IMG/VR virus record: IMGVR_UViG_3300042894_007211
Direction: 5' to 3' (one strand)
DNA: 64,000 nucleotides
From: an uncultured virus (IMG/VR IMGVR_UViG_3300042894_007211)
Lineage: Duplodnaviria > Heunggongvirae > Uroviricota > Caudoviricetes
Both the position numbers and the translations under genes were made by a program. Under the pieces are notes generated by a model. That model made no database searches and was not told the origin of the DNA. It saw only the letters and a list, made by a program, of their open reading frames with translations. Positions 1 to 9,510 of the stretch are shown here, piece after piece; position 1 is the first letter of the stretch; each line of letters opens with the position of its first letter.

Positions 1-4
1 CTAA

Positions 5-196
5 AGGTGTTTTACTAAAACACCTTTAGGTTTAGATTTACAATACATCATTAAAAATCCTATCTGTGTTTGTCCCAATTGTGAAGTAATTTTAGACTTT
101 ACTGTAAATGATGAAGTCAAAGATAAATTCAAAGACGCGATGAAAAATATCAATCAAATAAAAAGTAAATACAAAGACATAGCTAAATTCAAATAA
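5..196 (+). CDS. 5'-truncated small Cys-containing protein (KTPLGLDLQYIIKNPICVCPNC...KFK)
   Basis: Open frame 5-196 ending TAA that overlaps the next ATG; no start codon; CxxC motif; the first 14 nt of the window are an inverted copy of 16-29. Confidence 0.55.
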   Translation, partial: RCFTKTPLGLDLQYIIKNPICVCPNCEVILDFTVNDEVKDKFKDAMKNINQIKSKYKDIAKFK

Positions 197-807
197 TGTC
201 GGACTTAAATAAAAAATTTACAGAAATATATAATAGAAATTACTGGGGTTCACAAGAAAGTAAAAGTGGAACAGGTAGTGAACTCAAAAATACTAAAACA
301 CTGATTGGTCACTTATCATTGCTGTTTACAATTCTAAAACCTCAATCTATCTTAGACATACCCTGTGGAGATTTCAACTGGATGAAAACCATTGATTTTT
401 CTGGTATGAAGTATATCGGAGCTGACATAGTAGAGGATTTAATCGAAGAAAACAAAAGAAAATTTCCAGATGTTGATTTTCGAGTTGCTGATATTACTAA
501 AGATACTTTACCAAAAGTTGATTTAGTTATAGTAAGAGATTGTTTAGTTCACTTAAGTATTGAAAATATTTTTAAATCTATAGAAAATATAAAATACAGC
601 CAAAGTAGATGGTTGTTAACAACTTGTTTTGTTGATGAACAAGAAAATTGCGATATCAATGATGGTGCTTGGAGAACAATCAACCTTATGGCGCCACCTT
701 TCTATTTTGAACCACATTTTGTAATAAGTGAAGACTGTCAAGAACGATACCCACTCTATGATGATAAATCGATGGTGTTATTTGATTTAGATAAAATAAA
801 ATTATAA
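196..807 (+). CDS. Class I SAM-dependent methyltransferase
   Basis: SGTGS followed by ILDIPCGDFNWM, YIGADIV and DLVIVRDCLVHL motifs. Confidence 0.85.
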   Translation: MSDLNKKFTEIYNRNYWGSQESKSGTGSELKNTKTLIGHLSLLFTILKPQSILDIPCGDFNWMKTIDFSGMKYIGADIVEDLIEENKRKFPDVDFRVADITKDTLPKVDLVIVRDCLVHLSIENIFKSIENIKYSQSRWLLTTCFVDEQENCDINDGAWRTINLMAPPFYFEPHFVISEDCQERYPLYDDKSMVLFDLDKIKL

Positions 808-835
808 CAAATTAAATTTTTAGACTATAACCTAA

Positions 836-1525
836 ATGATAACAATATCTAAAGACATAATAGTAACTGATATAGAAAGCGTTATTAAATATATCAATGA
901 AATAAAAAACATACCAGTTCTTAACAAAGATGAAGAGTATCAACTTTTTTTAAGAATACAAAAAGGTGACCAAACAGCAATAAGTGAAATTGTTAAACAC
1001 AACTTAAGATTTGTTATACATATTGCAAAAAAGTATCAAAACTTAGGTCTGACCTTTGAAGACTTAATTTCTTTCGGAAATATTGGACTTTATAGAGCCG
1101 CTAAAAAGTTCGATGCCGAAAGAGGTTTCAAATTTATCACTTATGCCATCTGGTATATTAAAGCTGAAATCACAGCAGCAATTACTGAATTGTCTTCAAC
1201 CGTAAGGATACCAAATTCACAAGATGGTGAACAATATAGTCAACAACAAATCGGAGATTTTGATGGAAGTTCGGAAGATTCAAATAGATTTGATAAATCA
1301 GATTTAATGATAGAATTAAAAATGTTACTTAATTCATTAAGTTTAACGGAACAAGAAGCAATTACAAGATTTTATGGTTTTGGATTTGATTATGCACAAC
1401 CTATGGAAGATGTGGCTAAACATCTTGGTGTTTCAACAGAAAGAGCAAGACAGATTGTAAAAAAAGCAGAAAGAAAATTAAAAAATCATCCAAATTTAGA
1501 TATTTTAAGAAAGTATTTAGATTAA
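836..1525 (+). CDS. RNA polymerase sigma70-family sigma factor (phage-encoded)
   Basis: Region 1.2 (YINEIKNIPVL), region 2 (NLRFVIHIAKKYQ, DLISFGNIGL, KFDAERGFKFITYAIWYI), region 4 HTH (MEDVAKHLGVSTERARQI). Confidence 0.93.
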   Translation: MITISKDIIVTDIESVIKYINEIKNIPVLNKDEEYQLFLRIQKGDQTAISEIVKHNLRFVIHIAKKYQNLGLTFEDLISFGNIGLYRAAKKFDAERGFKFITYAIWYIKAEITAAITELSSTVRIPNSQDGEQYSQQQIGDFDGSSEDSNRFDKSDLMIELKMLLNSLSLTEQEAITRFYGFGFDYAQPMEDVAKHLGVSTERARQIVKKAERKLKNHPNLDILRKYLD

Positions 1526-1554
1526 TTTATTATATTTGAAAAAAATTAAATAAA

Positions 1555-1707
1555 ATGAAAATATTAATTATTACAATTTTGGCAATCTCTATGATAGTGT
1601 GTTTAATAATCGGTCTATCAATGGTGGTCTTAAAACATATGAAAGGTAGTAAACTTTACCATTTTGTCAAAAGACATATCATCACAGATAAAGATTTAGA
1701 AAATTAA
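1555..1707 (+). CDS. Small single-pass membrane protein (50 aa, not in ORF track)
   Basis: MKILIITILAISMIVCLIIGLSMVVLKHMKG...DKDLEN*; preceded by TATATTTG at 1531. Confidence 0.6.
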   Translation: MKILIITILAISMIVCLIIGLSMVVLKHMKGSKLYHFVKRHIITDKDLEN

Positions 1708-1720
1708 TTCTTAAATCTAT

Positions 1721-2197
1721 TTAAGATTTCGTGTAACAAATATCAATTAACTTAAATGACTTGTGTAGACTTGGTGGATTTTTCTTATTCCAATCTTCAA
1801 TCTCTTCAATCTTAGATATAAAGTTAGAAATCTCACCAATTCCTACTCCAGTTGGTCTAACAGGGAAAGGTCTTTGACCAGTTATTGGCTCATTATGTGG
1901 TTTTATCCAACATGCTATAGTTCCTAAATGGTATCCTTCTCCAATTAAATATTCATGAAGTGAAATAAAACTATCGATGTTTTTATAAAGTGGTAAATCT
2001 TCAGAAGTTAACATATTATCTTCATCTCCGATAAGAATTAAAACTCTATCTTCTTCACTACTTAATGGATCTGGTTGATACATCTCAACTTCGACTGGAA
2101 TATCAATATCAGAAAAACCATCTCTAAGAAAGTTTTCAACCATCTCTTTAGTGAAATCATTAGACTCAAATAATTTATATGGTTTTAAATATCTCAT
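1721..2197 (-). CDS. Hypothetical protein with N-terminal capsid-targeting-like tag
   Basis: Starts MRYLKPYKLFES; last gene of the minus-strand operon starting at 5618. Confidence 0.75.
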   Translation of the reverse strand: MRYLKPYKLFESNDFTKEMVENFLRDGFSDIDIPVEVEMYQPDPLSSEEDRVLILIGDEDNMLTSEDLPLYKNIDSFISLHEYLIGEGYHLGTIACWIKPHNEPITGQRPFPVRPTGVGIGEISNFISKIEEIEDWNKKNPPSLHKSFKLIDICYTKS

Positions 2198-3327
2198 TAA
2201 TAACTAAGTGCCTCTTTAATTCTTTGTGTATATTTATCAACAATAGCTTTACACTCTGCAGCTGTTACTTGCTGACCACCCGACTTACTTAATAAAGTTT
2301 GAATTGTTAAAATGTTAGATGCTGAAGCGGTATAATAGTAGACACCATTACCACCATTACCAGTTGGATCTGCAAAACTATTAATAGATCCGAATTGTGA
2401 TGCCCAATTGGTGTGTCCTAAAAGTATTACAACATTACAGTGAGATGGATCGCCAGCATTGTAAGTTTGTCTGTAGAAAGCATATGTTGTAAATCCATTA
2501 CTCATAGTACCATTCCAAAGAGTACCAGATGCTAGAGTTCCTCCACCATCGGCTCCTGAATTACCACCGACTTGCCAACCAACAGGTCCGGTTTCTACTC
2601 TACTACCAATAACTGTAAGTGGATGATTAACACCTGATTGACTACCCAAAGTGAACTGAGTATAACCTAAACTAACATAATAAAAATCAGTATCAACAAT
2701 AGTATCAGTCGTATTTGTGTAATTAATTCTATAAGGAAAAGAACCTGGATCACCACTATTTGATGTATATTGAACACCACTTAATAACCATGGTGTAGTC
2801 ATATTTCCACTATCATATTGGTCACCTCCACCATCACTTATATAAGTTCCATCACCATCAAGTTGATAGTAGTAAAAACTTGGATTTCTAAAATCAGCCA
2901 TGTAATTTCTAAGATAAGTTGCAATCTCTTCTAAATAAAGATAAGGCTGTGGCGGAAGCCAAGATGTCCAATAGCCATTGTTATTCAACCACAATTTAGA
3001 TTGTGTTCCAAAAACAAAAGAAGTTGTCCCAGCTATGTAATTTGCTAAATCAATAAAAGACGCTTCTGTTTTCTCAGCAGATCTCATAAAACCAACATGA
3101 CACGGATAATTAGTTGCCAAAACTCGTTCAGGTGCATTCGATCTATCACCAGATATGTCTTTATATGCAACAATGTATCCATTAGTTTCATCAGGACCAT
3201 TCCACCACTCTTTGCCTGAAGTGATAGCTACATCACCATTTGCAGCAGCAATATCTCCAACTTGTTCAGTTCCAGGTATCGCTGGATTTGGTGAAGGGTT
3301 ATAACAAAAAGTTCTAAAAGTAGCCAT
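2197..3327 (-). CDS. Putative virion fibre/adhesin protein with shared N-terminal module
   Basis: N-terminal ~124 aa highly similar to 3348..5618; Gly/Thr/Asn/Tyr-rich C-terminal domain. Confidence 0.6.
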   Translation of the reverse strand: MATFRTFCYNPSPNPAIPGTEQVGDIAAANGDVAITSGKEWWNGPDETNGYIVAYKDISGDRSNAPERVLATNYPCHVGFMRSAEKTEASFIDLANYIAGTTSFVFGTQSKLWLNNNGYWTSWLPPQPYLYLEEIATYLRNYMADFRNPSFYYYQLDGDGTYISDGGGDQYDSGNMTTPWLLSGVQYTSNSGDPGSFPYRINYTNTTDTIVDTDFYYVSLGYTQFTLGSQSGVNHPLTVIGSRVETGPVGWQVGGNSGADGGGTLASGTLWNGTMSNGFTTYAFYRQTYNAGDPSHCNVVILLGHTNWASQFGSINSFADPTGNGGNGVYYYTASASNILTIQTLLSKSGGQQVTAAECKAIVDKYTQRIKEALSY

Positions 3328-3346
3328 TTAAAAAAATAATTTTATT
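3283..3346. repeat. Direct repeat copy 1 (gene start plus leader); copy 2 at 5574..5636
   Basis: tggatttggtgaagggttataacaaaaagttctaaaagtagccatttaaaaaa(a)taattttatt occurs twice, differing by one A. Confidence 0.9.
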
Positions 3347-3347
3347 T

Positions 3348-5618
3348 TTAGTCCCAACTAATCCAATCGTTTTCGACTCTAGTAGTATTAGAAGATGATG
3401 TCATTATTGAATCATCAAATGTATCTGTAATAATATACCAAGTATATATACCACTTTCACTATGTCTAACAATGAATCTATCTTTAATTCCTCTTGTACT
3501 AAAACTAAAATTGGTTTTATCAGTTACGATAGAATTTATTAATGTCAAGTTAAAATCATATAGATTAATTTGTATCACACCGTCATTTGGATTTTCAAAA
3601 ATATACATAAATCTATTTTTACCAACATTGAGATTGAAATCACTTTGGTCAGGTAAAGTGCCAGCAACATGTGTTGTTGGTTTTAAAATAATAACATCGC
3701 GTGATAATGAGTCAAATAATAAAACCACGAGATCTCCTTGTCTAGCTGCTGGTGATGATTCATAGTAATTATTAGATGTATAATCGTTATTACCAGACCA
3801 AGGACCAATAGTAACAATCTCATCAGTTGTAGTATTAATCTGATATAATACATTTTCATGTTTTATACCAAAAATGTTCCATCCAGTGTATGTGGTTATG
3901 TTATATGTTGCAGTACCAGTAACTGTTAACTCATCTATAACTTCACCAGTGTTTCCAAAATACTTAAGTATCATTCCAGTACCATCACCGGCTGCGTAGG
4001 ATTTAAGACAAGATTTATTTCCAAAACTATGTATGGTAGGATAGGTAAAATCTGTTAACAGACCTAGTGTTATAATTTCAAAGCCATCAGCTTCAGTAAT
4101 AGATAATACTTGAAGATCTGTATTATTTGTAGTACAAATCGCATAGTAGTTATTTGTCAAGCCGTCATCATTTAATAAAATACCTGTTTCATTTCCAACT
4201 CCAGCATTTGTAAATACGTATGTAGTTAAACTAGTTTGCCATGACATTTGATAAACAATATCAAAGTATGCGAATGTATTCATTATACCATTCCAGTCAG
4301 AATTAGTATAAAAAGACATAAGAACAGAATCTCTACCAGTATTACTTAGTGAGCTGTTGCGGTTTGCATTTATACTAAAATTATTGTAATTAGTGCCTTT
4401 TACATGTGATGTAGAATTAAGTACATTAGTAGTTCCATTATAAGTATAAATTCTATAATCTACATCTGAGTCATCCCAGTTATGTATAATCATAGCAAAT
4501 TTATTAATACCATAATTTCGAAAATCAATAGACTTATAATCCATTGTTGACTCATCTTCTTTAACAAATGCAGTTAAATCAACTGAATGTAATAGGGTAT
4601 TATCAGATATTTTTCTAATTTTAAAATCTTGGTATATACTGGTTGCAGCTGTTTTTTTAAATATTACATAATAGTCAGCCTGATCATAAAGTCTAATTTC
4701 ATAATTATCAAGACTGTTATATTCAATAATAGTTGAATCAGTTCCATTATACAGTTTTTTAATAACTATGCTACCATCATTGTAAACAATTCTAAGCATG
4801 AATGTACCATTAGACGAAGCATAATCCTCGTCCGTTACAATTTCAGTATAAGCTAAGCCTGTTGCATCGTATGTATATTGATAAACATTTAAACCGTCAA
4901 AATACCAAACCGATCCACTATATCTTACAGACATAACTTTACCTTGGTGGACACTATAATTAATAGACTCCTCTGTATCTACAGTTTGAACTGTATTACC
5001 TGCAGCATCAAGAAATAATATTTTGCTTCCACTAGTTTCATTACTACTAAATACAAGCATATATCCAGATTCATTAAGTGGATAAAAGTCCTCACGAGTC
5101 CACTCACTTCTTGATAAACCTAAAGGTCTTACTGTTGCGGTATTATTTTCAGAATTAAGATTAATAAGTCCCCAATTTGAAGTGTCACCAGGCAATCTAC
5201 AAAGGACAGCATAAGTTTGAATTCCTGTAACAAAGACAATATCTCCATCACCATAACTTGTCCAATATCCATTTGCGTTTAACCAGGTTTTCGCATTATC
5301 ACCTGTTGTAAAATTTTGATTAAATACACTGTTAACTAATTCAATAAAAGATTCTTCTGTTTTGACAGCTGACCTCAAAAATCCTAAGTGACATGGAGTA
5401 TCAATTGATAAAATTCTTTCTGTTGCATTTGATCTGTTTCCAGATGCATCAACGTAAGCTACAATATACCCATTAGTCTCATCTGGTCCATTCCACCATT
5501 CTTTACCGGGAGTGATAGTTACATCATCAATTGCAGCAGCAATATCCCCAACTTGTTCAGTACCAGAAATTGATGGATTTGGTGAAGGGTTATAACAAAA
5601 AGTTCTAAAAGTAGCCAT
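3348..5618 (-). CDS. Putative virion fibre/adhesin protein (beta-rich) with shared N-terminal module
   Basis: Same MATFRTFCYNPSPNP...NGYWTS module, then ~630 aa of Asn/Thr/Tyr-rich sequence; TAATATATA upstream. Confidence 0.6.
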   Translation of the reverse strand: MATFRTFCYNPSPNPSISGTEQVGDIAAAIDDVTITPGKEWWNGPDETNGYIVAYVDASGNRSNATERILSIDTPCHLGFLRSAVKTEESFIELVNSVFNQNFTTGDNAKTWLNANGYWTSYGDGDIVFVTGIQTYAVLCRLPGDTSNWGLINLNSENNTATVRPLGLSRSEWTREDFYPLNESGYMLVFSSNETSGSKILFLDAAGNTVQTVDTEESINYSVHQGKVMSVRYSGSVWYFDGLNVYQYTYDATGLAYTEIVTDEDYASSNGTFMLRIVYNDGSIVIKKLYNGTDSTIIEYNSLDNYEIRLYDQADYYVIFKKTAATSIYQDFKIRKISDNTLLHSVDLTAFVKEDESTMDYKSIDFRNYGINKFAMIIHNWDDSDVDYRIYTYNGTTNVLNSTSHVKGTNYNNFSINANRNSSLSNTGRDSVLMSFYTNSDWNGIMNTFAYFDIVYQMSWQTSLTTYVFTNAGVGNETGILLNDDGLTNNYYAICTTNNTDLQVLSITEADGFEIITLGLLTDFTYPTIHSFGNKSCLKSYAAGDGTGMILKYFGNTGEVIDELTVTGTATYNITTYTGWNIFGIKHENVLYQINTTTDEIVTIGPWSGNNDYTSNNYYESSPAARQGDLVVLLFDSLSRDVIILKPTTHVAGTLPDQSDFNLNVGKNRFMYIFENPNDGVIQINLYDFNLTLINSIVTDKTNFSFSTRGIKDRFIVRHSESGIYTWYIITDTFDDSIMTSSSNTTRVENDWISWD

Positions 5619-5636
5619 TTAAAAAATAATTTTATT
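5574..5636. repeat. Direct repeat copy 2
   Basis: Matches 3283..3346. Confidence 0.9.
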
Positions 5637-5663
5637 GTATATATTATATATGAAATAAAATAT

Positions 5664-5694
5664 TTTGAACTTCTTAAAATAATCACTACATTTG
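5664..5694 (+). promoter_or_regulatory. Bacteroidota-type housekeeping promoter (-33 TTTG / -7 TAnnTTTG)
   Basis: TTTG 5664-5667, 19-nt spacer, TACATTTG 5687-5694, ATG at 5700. Confidence 0.7.
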
Positions 5695-5699
5695 TATTT

Positions 5700-6158
5700 A
5701 TGAATGTATATGATAAATTTCTAATCGACTTCAATTTTGTATCCACAATTGAAGAAAAACAAAAACTACTTGATGATTTCTCAAAAGAAAATGATATTGA
5801 TAGTGATGAACTTATTGAGTTGAAAATACAAATTCAAGATTTAGTTGAAACAGATGCTATTAATGAAGATACAAAGATTTCACTAGAAATTGAAGATGGT
5901 AACTTTATACTATACAGCTGTATAAAAGATAAAGATTCTTATAAATCAGGAAGTAACTACTATGTTAAAGTAGACGACCCTAAAGAATTTTATCTTTCAA
6001 CTGGAATTGGTGAAACAAATGCAATAATTAGAGATATGATAAACTCTATTAAACCTACATACTTTATTGTAGTCGATGATGGAATTGGAACTTTAAAAAG
6101 AAAAAATATTTTTCCAAAAGATATTGAATTTCAGAATTATTTTACTAAATTTGCTTAA
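5700..6158 (+). CDS. Hypothetical protein
   Basis: 152-aa ORF directly behind a TAnnTTTG promoter. Confidence 0.75.
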   Translation: MNVYDKFLIDFNFVSTIEEKQKLLDDFSKENDIDSDELIELKIQIQDLVETDAINEDTKISLEIEDGNFILYSCIKDKDSYKSGSNYYVKVDDPKEFYLSTGIGETNAIIRDMINSIKPTYFIVVDDGIGTLKRKNIFPKDIEFQNYFTKFA

Positions 6159-6167
6159 TACAAAAAT

Positions 6168-6368
6168 ATGAATATGTATACAACACAACTATTTACTACA
6201 AAAAATATTGAGACTCTGAAAACTCTGGTCAAACAATTTCCAAATGATGGTGATTTAGGTAGACAAGTAAGAAATCTTTTTCGCATTGATGAATTTGTTC
6301 TGACAATACCTAATGATCGTGAGCTCGGTGCAGAAATCAGAAAAAGTGTTGTAAATTTTTCAAAATAA
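6168..6368 (+). CDS. Small hypothetical protein with internal duplication
   Basis: FPNDGDLGRQVR / IPNDRELGAEIR repeat. Confidence 0.7.
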   Translation: MNMYTTQLFTTKNIETLKTLVKQFPNDGDLGRQVRNLFRIDEFVLTIPNDRELGAEIRKSVVNFSK

Positions 6369-6369
6369 A

Positions 6370-6400
6370 TTTGCTTATTAAAATTTAATTACTAACTTTG
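6370..6400 (+). promoter_or_regulatory. Bacteroidota-type promoter
   Basis: TTTG 6370-6373, 19 nt, TAACTTTG 6393-6400. Confidence 0.7.
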
Positions 6401-6422
6401 TTAAAAATAAATCAAAAACAAT

Positions 6423-7547
6423 ATGTCAATGAAACCTAATGGAATGTCGCAAGAAATGTTGGAGAAACTCGAAGGTCTAACTCCAAAAGAACAAAAGTAT
6501 TTTGCTATTATGTGGGCTAAGTATGGTGTACTTTTTATATCATCTAAACCTGGTGTCGCAAAATCCGCAATTGGTCGTTCAATTGCTGAAAAGATGGGAT
6601 TTGCCTATTTAGATATGCGTCTCTCGATGTCTGATGAATCAGACTTTAAATACCCTTACCTCGAAGATGGTATGTTTGATGGTAAGCCTATCAAAGTTTC
6701 TGGCTACGCTGTTCCAAAGTGGGCCTACGAAGCGAACCAACGTCCAACTCTAATCCACTTTGAAGAGTTGAACCGTGCTCCACAATTCGTGCGAAATGCG
6801 GCTCTACAAATTCTTCTTGAGCGTGAGATTGGTGAGTTCAAATTTAACTCTAACGTTATTATGATGGCATCTGGTAACTTAGGAGACGAAGATGGTACTG
6901 ACGTTGAAGAGTTCGACTCAGCTCTTAACAACCGTCTAATCCACATCCCTCACTCACTTTCTGTTGACGAGTGGTTAGGTGACTTCGCCGCTGATGGCTG
7001 TCACAAACTTATCACTTCGTTCATCAAAGCTCATCCAGAGCAGATGTATAAAACGAGTGAAAACACTAAGGGTTACGCAACTCCACGTTCTTGGACAATG
7101 TTGTCTAAGTTCATCACTGAGAACTGGGGTATGGATGCTTCACCTCGTGAGTTCCTTCCACTTTTGAAAGAAGTTGCTTCTGGATATGTTGGAAACTCTG
7201 CGATGAAGTTTATCCAATACTGTGAAGATATGTTGAATATCTCTATCCAGGATGTTCTTAACGACTACGACCGTATCAAAAAGGATCTTGAGAAGTACAA
7301 CCGTGATAAGAACTCAGAACTTATCCAGTCTTTGAAAGAGATTGACATCACTAAGTTATCTGACAAACAACTCGATAACTGTGTCAAATTCCTTAACAAT
7401 GTGGGAGACGACGAGAAAACAGCTTACTTGCTTTACATCTTAGACAACATCGCTGATGTTACTAATCCTAAGATGAAGAAATTCCTCCTTAAGTTCGAGG
7501 ATTTGTTGAGAACCATTAAGAAAATCAACAAACCAGGCAGTAAGTAA
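6423..7547 (+). CDS. MoxR/AAA_5-like AAA+ ATPase
   Basis: Walker A variant SKPGVAKS, LDMRLS, Walker B IHFEELNRA, ASGN sensor, ALNNRL, TPRSW. Confidence 0.85.
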   Translation: MSMKPNGMSQEMLEKLEGLTPKEQKYFAIMWAKYGVLFISSKPGVAKSAIGRSIAEKMGFAYLDMRLSMSDESDFKYPYLEDGMFDGKPIKVSGYAVPKWAYEANQRPTLIHFEELNRAPQFVRNAALQILLEREIGEFKFNSNVIMMASGNLGDEDGTDVEEFDSALNNRLIHIPHSLSVDEWLGDFAADGCHKLITSFIKAHPEQMYKTSENTKGYATPRSWTMLSKFITENWGMDASPREFLPLLKEVASGYVGNSAMKFIQYCEDMLNISIQDVLNDYDRIKKDLEKYNRDKNSELIQSLKEIDITKLSDKQLDNCVKFLNNVGDDEKTAYLLYILDNIADVTNPKMKKFLLKFEDLLRTIKKINKPGSK

Positions 7548-7561
7548 GACTGATTAGCTTT

Positions 7562-7593
7562 AAGGGGATGTCAATTGGCATCCCCTTTTTTTT
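7562..7593 (+). terminator. Rho-independent terminator
   Basis: aaggggatg...catcccctt stem followed by a T run. Confidence 0.85.
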
Positions 7594-7624
7594 AGTTAAA
7601 CAAAGAATAAATGATATATAAGAC

Positions 7625-7861
7625 ATGAATCACTACCAAATACAAATTATTATATTAACAAAGTACGGTGAATTTTTTGGAAAAAAAGCCGTAATGAATG
7701 ATGAGAAATATCTTGCACTTTGCGAGATAGCAAAGAATTTTTATAGTAGTGGTGGATTTGAACTTACATTAGAAGATGGTGGATTCATTGTTATACCACC
7801 AGATGTTGTTCAGCAATCAGTATTAAGAATACAAAAGACAAAAATTGACGATAATGTTTAA
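7625..7861 (+). CDS. Hypothetical protein
   Basis: 78-aa ORF at the start of a tightly overlapping operon. Confidence 0.7.
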   Translation: MNHYQIQIIILTKYGEFFGKKAVMNDEKYLALCEIAKNFYSSGGFELTLEDGGFIVIPPDVVQQSVLRIQKTKIDDNV

Positions 7862-8504
7862 GAATAGATTTAAAAAATTTGGCGGAGATTATATCCCTGA
7901 TATAATAGACTACATTAAAGATTACATAGATAAGGATCCAGGTGTCACTATTTCAATCGGCTGTGATTCAATTCAAAAACGTAGACGCACCGTTTATGCC
8001 ATAACTATAATGATGTATAATGGTGATTTAAAACACGGAGCTCACGTTGTATTTTTTAGAGAAAGTTGTCCTAAAATCAGAGAAAACAGTGAAAGACTTT
8101 TCAGAGAGGCTCAGTATTTACACGACTTAGGTGTTTACTTAGATGATGAGCTTTCTAAGTTTTATAAAAGAACAGACTTATCCGAAAGAGAAATGAAAAG
8201 ATATAAGTATCACCTTCTTAAATGTGCAGGTGAGTATTCACATGTTCCTCTTCATCAGGATGATGCGGTAATGAATGCGCTATTTCTCAGTCCTGCTGAT
8301 ATGATTGATTATAGAACAATTGATGTTCACGTAGACTTTAATCCATTTGAGGGTTCAATAAATGAGAAGGGTGTTCATAAAAACAAATCTTACGCAGCTT
8401 ATAAAAGCTACGCACCGTGGCTCAGAGGGATGGGTTTCCGTGTGTTCGCAAAGCCGCTCGGATTCGCCAGTACATCAGCAGCTGACTTGCTACTTCAAGA
8501 TTAA
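7854..8504 (+). CDS. RNase H-like YkuK (DUF458) family protein
   Basis: ISIGCDS, RLFREA, DVHVDFNP and C-terminal KP..FASTSAAD motifs; ATG at 7854 preferred. Confidence 0.75.
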   Translation: MFKNRFKKFGGDYIPDIIDYIKDYIDKDPGVTISIGCDSIQKRRRTVYAITIMMYNGDLKHGAHVVFFRESCPKIRENSERLFREAQYLHDLGVYLDDELSKFYKRTDLSEREMKRYKYHLLKCAGEYSHVPLHQDDAVMNALFLSPADMIDYRTIDVHVDFNPFEGSINEKGVHKNKSYAAYKSYAPWLRGMGFRVFAKPLGFASTSAADLLLQD

Positions 8505-8878
8505 TGTTTGAGTTAAATTCACATATGATACAAAAAATGGGGTGGTGGTTATACTACCCCAATTTAGGTTTAGGATTAGATTACCCAGGACTTTTTACTA
8601 ATGATTATATGGTGAGATTTTTCTTTATAGACAAAGAAAGAGAGCGAATATTTATTATTAAAGAAATGACTCCGGAAGAAAAACAAAAAACAAAAAAATT
8701 ATATAAATTTATAAAGTTTAATGTTTACAAAAAAAATGAAATCATTGATTTAAAAAACATTAAAATGAACATAGATAACTTCAATTCTAACACACAATTA
8801 TGGAAATTAGTTATTGAAAATGAGGCGTGTGATGAAAATTACCAAAGACACTTTAGATTAAACAAAATATTAAAATGA
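8504..8878 (+). CDS. Hypothetical protein with C-terminal RxxRLxxIL helix
   Basis: Ends QRHFRLNKILK. Confidence 0.7.
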   Translation: MFELNSHMIQKMGWWLYYPNLGLGLDYPGLFTNDYMVRFFFIDKERERIFIIKEMTPEEKQKTKKLYKFIKFNVYKKNEIIDLKNIKMNIDNFNSNTQLWKLVIENEACDENYQRHFRLNKILK

Positions 8879-9507
8879 AAAAGAGAGAATTAAAAATTAT
8901 TGGACTATCCTACAGTCAAACACAAATTGGCTCATATGTAATTGTACTTACTGATAAAAAAGGATTGAGAAAACTTCCGTTAATTATTAAACCATCTGAT
9001 GCTCAGAGAATTGCACTCGAACTTGAAGGTTTGAAACCACAAAGACCTCTAACACACGACCTTTTTAAATCTTTATCTGATTCTTTTGGAATTGACATTC
9101 AAGAAGTTTTTATTTATCAATTATTAGAAGGTATATTTTACACTAAGATAATTGTATCAAATGGTATAGAAGACTTAGAAGTTGATTGTTCTTTAGGTGA
9201 TGCAATTGCTCTTGCTACAATCTTTAAGTGTCCAATTTATACAACACAGGATATTTTAGACTCAACTGGTATATTTATGAATGATGATGGAACTATTCCT
9301 AAAGATGAAGATGTAGAGGATTATGATGAAGATGATGACATTGATGATGAATTTGATGAAATGCTAATGATGATAGATAGTGAGCCTTCAAGAAAAGTAT
9401 CTATCGAAGATTTAGAAAAAATTATGAATGAGGCAATCGATAATGAAGAATATGAAATAGCAGCGGAGATGCGTGACCGAATTCAAAAATTAAAAAATGA
9501 ACAATAA
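8875..9507 (+). CDS. Bifunctional nuclease (DUF151/BFN) domain plus C-terminal UVR domain
   Basis: LSYSQTQIGSY, KLPLII...AQRIA, RPLTHDLF, EGIFY, DAIALA; UVR-like EAIDNEEYEIAAEMRDRI. Confidence 0.88.
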   Translation: MKKRELKIIGLSYSQTQIGSYVIVLTDKKGLRKLPLIIKPSDAQRIALELEGLKPQRPLTHDLFKSLSDSFGIDIQEVFIYQLLEGIFYTKIIVSNGIEDLEVDCSLGDAIALATIFKCPIYTTQDILDSTGIFMNDDGTIPKDEDVEDYDEDDDIDDEFDEMLMMIDSEPSRKVSIEDLEKIMNEAIDNEEYEIAAEMRDRIQKLKNEQ

Positions 9508-9510
9508 AAA

